DNA of 64,000 bases from Eledone cirrhosa (Eukaryota): positions 323,392,001-323,456,000 of the forward strand of contig OZ024740.1 of the NCBI GenBank assembly GCA_964016885.1, in the 5' to 3' direction. Positions 53,955 through 64,000 of the stretch are shown one piece after another (the stretch's first letter is position 1; the number at the start of each line of letters is the position of its first letter). The notes below the pieces were generated by a model. The model was given only the letters and a program-made list of their open reading frames with translations, had not been told where the DNA came from and did no database searches. The position numbers and the translations under genes were made by a program.

Positions 53955-56490
53955 AAGATTATATAAATAAAAGGAATTCCAACTTTGTCTGATTTACTCG
54001 TTTTATTTAGAATCCTTTAAAATTATAATGGTATTAGAATGAAATAGTATGGTAGAATGTTAAGTGTTAATTGAACAAGTACTTTCATGCTTTCGCAATT
54101 TTCAGGTTCATATTCTGTGGTGACAGTCAAGTTTGCAATTTTCAACTGTAATGAGATGGGTAAATTTTGTGCCTTATATACAGTGAACAGTGGCTACAGA
54201 ATGCTAATTTTGCAAACTGTATTTCGACCAATCGGTGTGTAGTTTCACTGGATTATTAAAGCTAATTGGTTTAGGCCTCACGGTTGGTTGAGCATGTGTA
54301 ACGACTTCTATTTGACCCTATCGAAAGAATCAATTGTTTTGCTATTTTTAGAAATGATGAAAATAGCATTTTCTAGTAATCATCACCATCAACATCACTT
54401 TTATTATTTATTATTGTTCATTTAGATTGGGTTAGAATTTATCAATAAAATTCTTTTCTTTGATTTTTCTCTTGAATTCACTTGGGCTGTGTAATTTGTA
54501 GAATGGAAATATTATAAATATTTTCTGACCACATGTTGCTAGATGGTTACTCAGGGGTATCTGACGGACATTTCGGTCTCTGATTTGCTGTCGGTGCACC
54601 CGTGCACGTTCCGATAATGCATTTCCAGTTTGACTGACATATAGTTCTTCACAATTCGGGCATTTAATGCAGTAAATTAGATTTCTGCTTTTGCAGTTCA
54701 TATTTGCATTTGGGAATATTTTTCCAGTTTTGTGTTCATATTTTGGCCGGTGTGTATGGATTGGCATGTGCCACATCGACTATCATTGCATTTAGATACA
54801 GTGAATGATTGGTCTTTTTTGTTCAGGTCAAACTTTGCTTTTGTTAGTAATTGCTTCAAAGTTTTCGGCTGTCTTTTACTAAGAGTCAAAGATCGGTCTG
54901 TTTTTAAGCCTTTTAATTCATTACTTTGAGCAATGATCGGTAGGTTTGCTTTGGCAGTGTTGAAGATATTCTGGTGACATGGGTTGTGTGTCATTATAAA
55001 CGGTATGACCAGTTCTTGGTTTCTTCTTCCTTGGGTTGTCCTAAGTTGTTGTTTAGGTATTTTTATAGCCCGCTGTATGCCATTTTCTATAAGTAGAGAT
55101 GAGTATTTTTGTTTGAGCAAACATTTTCTCAGTTCTGTTAGGCGTTTGTTCCTGGTATTGGTATCTTCTACAATGTTACAAATTATTCTGGCTAGGCAGT
55201 ATGGGATGTTGCGTTTTGTATGAGATGGATGGCACGACTTAAAATTTAGATATTGATGCGTGTCTGTGTGTTTATAATATATATCCGTGGTAATAGTGGT
55301 GTCGTTTTTGATTACCATTATATCTAGGAATGGTAATTTGGTACTACTCATCTCTTTTGTGAATTGGAGAGATGGGTGTAGGTTATTCAGGAGGATATTG
55401 AACTTATCCAGAGTATCTAGAGATTCTGTCCAGATGATAAAACAGTCGTCAAGGTATCTCTTCCAAGATTTTTCAATGTACTTTCTAAAGTCAGTGCTAT
55501 ATTTTTACTCTATTTCTTGGTAGAGTTATTGTTCTAAGTATCCCATTACAGAGTTCGCGTAAACTGGAGCAAACTTCGTTCCCATCGCTGTGCCTCTAAT
55601 TTGGATGTAATTCTTTCCATTGAAGAAGAAAGTGTTGTTTTCCAGAATAAGTTTAACTGCGTCTAATATAAATGGCGCTGTGAATCTGGTGGGAATCACT
55701 TCTCTATGTTTTTCCACCCAGTATTTAACCGCCTTTATTCCTAAATCATGTGTAATGTTGGTTGAAAGGCTTACCACATCAAAACTAAGTAGAAGTGAAT
55801 TCGTTTCCGTGGTTTTGGGAATATGGGACAGGAAGTCGATATCATCCCGGATGAAACTGTGTATGTGAATACATAGTGATTTCAAAATAATGTCAACAAA
55901 ATTACTTAGACGGTGGGTAGGGCATGCTGGACCAGCTATAATAGGTCTAGGTTTTAAGTCTTTTGGGTGTAGTAATTTAATGTACTCACTGTTTTGTTCT
56001 TTTACTGCCAGATGGATTTCTTTTGACTTATGAACTTTCGGTAGGCCATACAGGTTGCTGGGTTTGGGCTCAAAGTTGGTGACGTAGTCTCTTTCCTTAT
56101 CAGTAAGTGAGTTGTGGTATTTTGAAGCCAGGTTGTTGATCTTCTTCATGATGTTGTGGTCTATATTTGACGGTATTTCATGATGGAATGTTGTGACTTT
56201 CAGTTGTTCCTCAACCAAATCTTTGTAGTATTCAGCATCCATTATAACAACTGCACCCCCTTTATCTGCTTGTTTAATTATTATTGTTTTATCATTTTGT
56301 ATACGTTTAAGTGTAGACATTTCTGAGTTGTTAATGTTTGGTCTAACATTAGTATTACGTCTAAGAGGAAATTTAGACAGGTTGTCAATGTATTGGTCGA
56401 GATAGATATTTCTTCCTTTTGGCGGAGTGAAATTTGATTTATTCTTTACTAGTGATTCAGTACTCTCATTACTTTTATCACCGAAGAATT
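53955..56490 (-). pseudogene. Disrupted, 5'-truncated Penelope-like element (Neptune-like) with RT and GIY-YIG
   Basis: ORF pieces 55526-56320 (KQADKGG, YGLPKVHK, RPII, SFDVVSL, GTAMG), WKRYLDDCF near 55441-55465, 54698-55351 (PFLD, SCHP, CNDSRCGTC) and 54432-54776 (NLIYCIKCPNC..LYVSQT..R..H). Split by stops and frameshifts. Confidence 0.92.
54072..54110 (-). ncRNA. Minimal hammerhead motif in the 3' pLTR of the Neptune-like PLE
   Basis: tgaac-CTGAAAA-ttgcgaaagcat-GAAA-gtac-TT-gttca. G8 is replaced by A. Confidence 0.7.
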
Positions 56491-56579
56491 CTGTCGAAAA
56501 TTACGTATATATATTGGCAGTAGCATTTAGACAGCTTTTAAACATAATAGGGGTGTATATAACAGCATATATACGTTTA

Positions 56580-57484
56580 TCTATATATATAAAATTGAGG
56601 ATGTCTGTCTGTGTGTGTGTGAGTTCGAATCCCTAAAACTCGAGAAACACCCAACCGACTGTTTTCAAACTTTACACATGTAATACTTATGTTTCAGGGA
56701 GTGTTCTGAGCAAAAACAATTTCAAATTGTCTATGCCCCAGGCACCACATTAGGCGACTTACCGATCTCGCTCTATAATTCTTAGTCTTTCTCTTTTTAG
56801 ATGGATACATACTTATAACGTCGCGCCCTTATAATATCTGTCTGTATGTCTGGCTGGCTGCATTACGTCACTTCCTTGGGGATGTCTGTGTGTGTGTGTG
56901 TGTGAGTTTTAATCCCTAAAACTCGAGAAGTACCCAACCGATTTTTTTCAAACTTTACATGTGTATTACTTATGTTTCAGGGAGTGTTATGCACAGCTTT
57001 TTGTATCTCCTAGGGCCCGCATTAGGTGAAAAACTGCGTTGTTTAACATTTTTAGGGGGTTTTTGAGGCGTTACGTCAGACCGATTTCCTTGAAATTGTA
57101 ACTATGTATTAGTCAGTCTCTCCTTCATACCGTAAGCAAAGAAAATTCAATTTTCTTATGGCCTAGGGCCCGCATTAGGTGAAAAATTTCATTTTTTCAG
57201 CTTCTTGGGGCTTTTTGGAGGCGTTACGTCTAGCCGATTTTCCCGAAATTTCAAGGCGTATTATGCAAATAAAAAAAAATTCATTTTCATGATCCCCTAG
57301 GGCCCGCATTAGGTGAAAACCTGCATTTTTCCTGCTACATCGAGGAAAATCTTAAAGATTATCCAACCATCAGAGTATTCGGTTTATTTTCTTTACATAT
57401 TGTCCAGGCATGCAGTTTTTACGTCTATTGGCGGCCCGCGTTCCAAAATACCTTATCCCGTGCAACGCCGGGTACCACTGCTAA
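56580..57484 (+). mobile_element. Non-autonomous Helitron
   Basis: 5' TCTATATATATAAAA, subterminal hairpin CCCG-tgcaacgc-CGGG, 3' CTAA (CTRR), inserted between A and T. Internal repeats 56599-56705 / 56880-56988 and three copies of ctagggcccgcattaggtgaaaa. Confidence 0.8.
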
Positions 57485-57964
57485 TATACAATAAACATAC
57501 GGTGGCTTCCAGTCAGTGTTTACTATTTGCTATTTTCAAATGCGCATCTCCACCAAATGTTTCTCATGCAAAATCTATATAGACTGTTGGCTATTTCCAT
57601 GTCAGTACCGCTTGACTGAATTTCACTGATGAAAGTTTGACGAATCTCGAAACAGTGCTATCTAGCATTCTCGACTGATACTGACATTCAAGATGTGCTC
57701 ACAGAATAAAAGAAAGAAAAATAATTTTTCGTAATTCAAATTTAGAGATATATGTATAGAGAGAGACAAAGAACTATATATCGTTTGAAGAAAACCATAG
57801 TATTTTGCACATACATAAAGTACATACTATTTAGGAAAAATACGTACGTAGGTATTTTTTCTAAATAGTATGTTTTATGTGTGTACAAAATGCTATGTAT
57901 TTCTCAATCGATATATGCTTTTTTCTCTCTCTATACATATATATATTTTATAATTTGAATTATG

Positions 57965-58015
<51 letters not shown>

Positions 58016-58204
58016 GCCACCAGTTCCTTGAGAAGGGACTGGGCATGTCAAAGGATCGAAATAACTCTAGTAAACTTTGTGCCATCACTATGTTATTCTG
58101 TTTTTCTTTGTTTTTTTTTTGTTCAAGTTCTAGCTGTCTGATGAGACCATAGCTGTTGAATAATAGTTATCATCAAAATATATATAACAGCGAATATATA
58201 TATA

Positions 58205-58417
58205 TATTATAATGAGTCGGGACCCGACAGCTACGCTCGTGTCGTTTCAACAACTAGTTCCAGACTAGCTGTTGAAACGAAGAGCGCTCAGTCGTCGGGT
58301 CCCGACTCATTATAATATAACCATACTCTACTACCCCAGGCATGGTCAGTGGCGAAACGCGCGTCACCAACCAATAAACGTAATAAAGGAGTAACCAATC
58401 GTCCTTGTTATCTTATT

Positions 58418-58420
<3 letters not shown>
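58205..58420. mobile_element. Hairpin element, family H
   Basis: tattataatgagtcgggacccgac...gtcgggtcccgactcattataata, followed by ctctactacccc. Confidence 0.65.
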
Positions 58421-58484
<64 letters not shown>

Positions 58485-59464
58485 TTTATTGTATATTGAT
58501 CTGATTGTTGATTATTTAATTAATTAAATAATCGTCATTGAGCAACATCGTGAATCATTGCCAAAAACATATATATATATCTATGACTTTGTCTAGTTTG
58601 TGTATATGTAAATCTTTATATTTGATAATCTCCCTTATGGTTGAGATGAAATTTAGGCAATATCAGGCTGCGCTTTCTAGCAACCAGCCGACTCGCCGTA
58701 AGGCACCAATCACATTCTTTCTGACTTGACCACTGACACGTCACAGTTCTTAGCCATTTTGAATTCGTTTCTGGCGGGGATCATTTAGAAAAATCTTCCT
58801 CCAAGTAAGTTTGTTTCCTGATGATTTCGAAGCTCATGAATTTATCCTTGATCGGATATTCCCAAAAGCGAATGAAATACCATGGGGTAGAAACGTAATT
58901 TTGGTATGTTTATATACATTTTTTCTTCTAACTTTGATTTTATACCTAATTGTGTATGGTTGACGATATATTTAATCGATTTCCACGTGCTATTGGAAAT
59001 GGTGGGTAAATATTCTATAGCTGTTGATCGCGAATAGATAGCCGTCGTTTACTTATCTAGTATTTCTTCATAGGTGCCTTTTAATCTTATAGCCTGGTTT
59101 AATTGTTTTTTTTGTGTGGTTGATTATGCTGAGTGGGAGAGGAAATGGTGTATATATTTTATCAAATGATTCTATGGACATACTTTATTGTATATATATA
59201 TATATATATATGTAAAAGGTAAACAGAAAAAACAACACAATCGGTACAGTATATGGATGGTATATTTTAGGTTAACGCAATAAACGTATAAGCCCAGTAA
59301 ACATCAGGACATTCCAGTTTCAAGAGAATACTCCAATGTGCCTGCCTACATGCGGCGTCATAGGCCTTGGTGAGATCAAGCTGCTGCTTTTATTCTAGAT
59401 CAAACATACATACATATAAACTACATACATACATATATACATACATAAATGCATACATACAAAC

Positions 59465-59815
59465 ATGATGGCTGCCCCCTCGTTAACGAGTATGGCCATT
59501 GCACGATATAACATTATTAATAATTATCAATTAATGCTATCGTGCAATGCCCGTGTGTGAAGATTTTTTTTAAAGTGAGGAAAGACTGTGCACTGAGCCA
59601 ATCCCACTCTCTGAGTGACAGTAGCTATAACCTGAAAAGAAGAAAAGATCAACATCATCGGTAACTACTGAGCTGCAGGTCCTATGTTGGAGTTATCCCA
59701 GTTTCCTGAGTTGCCTTCTCCTAGAAGAATGCCTGACAAAGTCTAAGGGTCCTTCACTCCCAGTGGTTTAACCGGGGATCTGGTATCCAGCCCTATAATT
59801 TCTATGTTCCCGCGC
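59465..59815 (-). mobile_element. Non-autonomous bipartite RTE derivative (5' UTR fused directly to 3' end, ORF deleted)
   Basis: 59465-59505 matches LINE 3' end 9177-9216, and 59512-59815 matches LINE 5' UTR 13303-13604. Flanked by ATAC-type repeats. Confidence 0.9.
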
Positions 59816-60219
59816 ATATATACATACATACATACATACAGGGGTATTACTTGTTTATCATAGAAAATCACTTGAAATGAGGCATACGGGTACTTTAAGA
59901 TGTGTGTTTTTAACCATGCATATACAATATATGTAAACGTATATTCGAGTCCTTCGTAACTTCAAAACACCGGGACCAGAACGATAAAATATATTAACTC
60001 TATGTTATTGTCATTTATTTGGTACTGTCATTGTGTCATTTTTTCTGGGAGTCAATCTCAGAACATTTGTGGCACATCTAAAGCTATTATGACAAGTTAT
60101 AGGATGATGTTAGCAATGTCAGAAACAGATGGGTTTTCATATACCTTTCTCCTTATTGACATCTTAAAAGGCAACGAAATGGCAAAAGCGTTAAAACGTC
60201 AAACGAAATACTTGTATTT

Positions 60220-60305
<86 letters not shown>

Positions 60306-60451
60306 CTCTCCCTCTCTCTCAGCGTACTGAATTCAAATTTCGTCGAGGTCAACTTTTCTTTTCATCTTTCGAGGTCGATTATAGCCAATGCGGTTGTGGG
60401 GTCGAATTTCTTCCTCTAACTCTATCTTTATCTTCCTCTCTCACTCACTAT

Positions 60452-60510
<59 letters not shown>

Positions 60511-60514
<4 letters not shown>

Positions 60515-60625
60515 GGGGTGTTGAAAGGTTCCTGTCTTTTGGTAAAAGAAAAATACAGGGGAATCAGTTAATTATGATTTTATTTAACATATTCTCCTGT
60601 CAGATTCACACATTTCTTACAACTC
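60511..60625 (+). mobile_element. Possible mariner-type terminus
   Basis: TA-ccggggtgttgaaaggttcc start resembles mariner TIRs. No partner end found. Confidence 0.35.
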
Positions 60626-60984
60626 CCCTGTAGAGGTAATAACTTGACCCTTTCGCGATACCCCTAAAACCAGGAACTGCGGGGAAATAGGTCGCTCCGT
60701 ATGCCTGTTTTTCATTCACCTTTTTCGAAAAGATTTTCTGATGGAACTTTATATTGTCTTGTAGCTACACCTACCGACATCCTCGATAACCGGTCGGTTT
60801 TCCCTTATCTTCAGTCCACTAAAGACAAAATCTTCGATTAATTTACAAATACCTCCTAACCCCAAAAACAAATTGTTTTCAAATAAAGATGGCGGATAAA
60901 AAAATATCATTCGCAGAAGAGAAAAACCGGCTCTCCACATAATGGAAAAACCAAAGTTCCAGAAGCTTAAACACAGGAGACAAC

Positions 60985-61135
<151 letters not shown>

Positions 61136-61641
61136 AGATGAGTGCATAGAATCATGTGATTAATTGTTGTTGGATAAATGGATAAGTCGGAGTGGGTGGG
61201 GTGAGAGGGCGATATGTATGTAAAGGTGGCGGGTGAACTTGCCGGTAAAATAGTGAAGAATATATATATTCTTGAGTAAAGCTTCGGGTAAAATGCTGTA
61301 CTACTGGTAAAAACCGTTGGTAAAATAACAAGTAAAATAAAATCGTAGGTAATTATATAACAAAATAGCTGGATAAAACCATGGAATGTGTAGAAAACGA
61401 AAGCACATATATAACCAACCATGTGATTGTGTAATATAGACGTTAAATTGATCAGAGCTTACAATTCAAATAACCATAGAGTTTATAAAACATAAATATA
61501 TTTTATATGCTTTTTATATATTCTGTTATATAGTATCACCCTGTGTTAGGGATGCTGCTAGTATGTATATATACATAGCGAATGGTCTTCAAAATATTTT
61601 TAATTAAACACACAGTATATATTAAATATATTATACATACA

Positions 61642-61696
<55 letters not shown>

Positions 61697-62601
61697 GATA
61701 AATTAAGCTATAACCTATGAAAAGCAGGGTAGAGTCTATGGCTCCGTTAATTTATCGTGATATTTCGCTCCTTATAACAGTCTTTCCTCTTTCTCTGTTT
61801 GGTTGAGCACATTTCTCTGAGTGGTTTTGGGCTGCCCTTTCTAGCAGCTCGTCCATCAGACACCACTGGTTCACTGCCCTAAATACGCTGTGACATCTCT
61901 CTCCCAAGTGTAGCTGGACGGTCGTTTTAAATTCTCTTAGAGTTGTCTGAAATGTATGGCCTTGCACACGCTGATGAACCATGGGCTATTCCATTTCAGT
62001 CAACAATTTCTTGGCGAAATAGATCTCTTTTGATTTGTACATGTGTGTTATATAGTTATAGAGGTGCGTATATACATTTTAATTTATATTTTTAATTATT
62101 GTGTGTCTACCCTGCCTTTCATAGGTTATAGATTCCATACACTGGTGGTTTTTCCCTGTTTTATTGATGGCGGACTATCTCTCTCTAGTGTGTTACCTTT
62201 TCAACATATTGTATATATATATATTTATTTATTTATTAAAATAACAGATTAAAGTTTAAGCAAAGAATCGCTGCTTTCACCCTTAATGGGATCTTCTGAA
62301 ACTAAAAAAATCAATCTGCGAACGCACAAGTAAATATTTCGAAAAAGTTGCAACCCAAGGAAGACATAAGACAATACTTTGGTTCGTGGAAACGTTCCCT
62401 GGCAAAGAACGGAAAAAAACGAAGATAATACGTCATTATTTGGAGCGAGTGTACCCGCACACATACGAACGTATACACCAAATACGCATAAAACATATAT
62501 AAACATATATATATATATATACATGTGTGTGTGTACGTGCGCGAGCCCTCTTTGGATTTTAGTCTTCAAATTTATTATTATTACTATATATATATATATA
62601 G

Positions 62602-62790
62602 TAATAACTGTTTCTACGTTAGGCACAAGGTCAGCAATTACCCACTGCATTACTGGTACTTTATTTTATCGACCCCGTAACGATGAAAGGCAAAGTTAAC
62701 CTTGGCGGGATTTGAACTCAGAATGGCAAGGGCCGTAACTCTATACGTCAAAGCATGGCGTCCGACACTCTACCAATACTGCCAATCTAC
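62602..62790 (-). mobile_element. SINE family S1
   Basis: Reverse complement of the 1659-1841 consensus. Further degenerate pieces at 5948-6085, 13885-13980, 29650-29765 and 60325-60385. Confidence 0.85.
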
Positions 62791-62822
62791 ATATACTAAT
62801 AACAATAAATTTATATATACAT

Positions 62823-63118
62823 ACACAGTTGTCCCCCGGTATTGGCGGTGTGTATGCTCCAAGAGCACCCGCGAAGAGTGAAAAAATATGACAATGGACT
62901 TGGTGAATAGAAATACCTATAAACATCAAAACATAACCTAAAATATAGGCCAGCAAATGCGGTAAATTGATATTAGTAATTTAGGGTTAAAAAGCGTGAA
63001 AAATATATATTATCACGGAAAAAGCCATAAAAAAAATCGCGGAAGATATTTACGATTCCGTGAATATGCTGTGGTTTCCACGAACTATTATTCGGGACCG
63101 CGAATTGTGGGGATACAC
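62823..63118. mobile_element. Possible Tc1/mariner (Tigger-type) MITE
   Basis: Imperfect ends cagttgtcccccggtattggcggt ... accgcgaattgtggggatac. Confidence 0.4.
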
Positions 63119-63664
63119 AATATGTATGTGTGCGTGTATGTATGCATGTATGTATGCATACAGTTGGCGTTATTTCGTGTCAATTAATCCGTGATATATA
63201 TATATATATATATTTACATTATGAAGAGAGAAGAAACATTTAGATATAATTAGTAATAAAATGTATCATACCTAAACTGCTCCTAAATTCCTCGACTACG
63301 TAGTTTCGTGGCATAAACAAAAACAATATATCATAAAGACATAGAGTCCCTGCGAGGTCTGCCGACTTATCAAGAGGTTACCTCATTTTACTAGTCTCAA
63401 GAACGCGTCTACACGACGTGAGAAAGAATCCCAAAAGGCGGAGGGGGAGATAGTCACGCGATATAACGGTCGAGAAACAGAGCTAAGCCTCTTATAACCT
63501 CGAAGAAAATACCACGGAGGCGGAGGGGGCATTTATATCGAGGCCGCAGAAGAGGTGGTGAAGAAGGCGAGAAGTATGGGTAATGGATATTTATATATAT
63601 ACACACACATATATACATATATATATATACACACACACATATATACATATATATATATATATTT

Positions 63665-63718
<54 letters not shown>

Positions 63719-64000
63719 GCGCGTGTGCGTGCGTGTGTGTATGCATAGATATATATATATACCTAGAGATAATCAGCTACATAATCTGACAATATATCAA
63801 AATAACCTGCGACACTCACAAAGACACACACGCACGCACACACGCGCACATACCAACACACACACTACATAAGTTACCATTCAATAAAACTTAAACAAGC
63901 AACATATGATATCTATCAAACCAGCATTTAACGAAAAACAAAGCGCTTTCTACTGATGTATTGTCCGCACTGACTGTGGCGTTACGTGACAGCAACATCC

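Noticed and set aside
58130-58160. Isolated CTGATGA (also near 58817 and 5860)
   Set aside because: No convincing helix II plus GAAA plus NUH arrangement.

Overview
AT-rich, microsatellite-saturated animal DNA with no recognisable host exon. It is probably cephalopod (octopus-like); this is inferred from the SINE families and from an RTE LINE carrying C-terminal C2H2 fingers. Most ORFs in the track are translations of (TA)n, (CA)n, (GA)n and (CAA)n repeats. The real coding content is retroelements: (1) an intact RTE-clade LINE (APE + RT + 3 C2H2 fingers, 9161-13604, minus); (2) an intact Naiad-like Penelope-like element (PLE; RT + GIY-YIG) with pseudo-LTRs and a near-identical ~3.2-kb inverted partial copy (39934-47945); (3) a disrupted second PLE; (4) a decayed R4/Dong-like LINE and several RTE fragments. 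There are also tRNA-type SINEs, a non-autonomous Helitron, and many short fold-back PLE remnants in (TA)n that carry hammerhead-like motifs. Most notable: the RTE 5' UTR and 3' end are complementary, and this pairing is kept with a different sequence in internally deleted derivatives of two subfamilies. That suggests a conserved 5'-3' RNA clamp next to the 3' terminal hairpin. All coordinates and pairings were read by eye.
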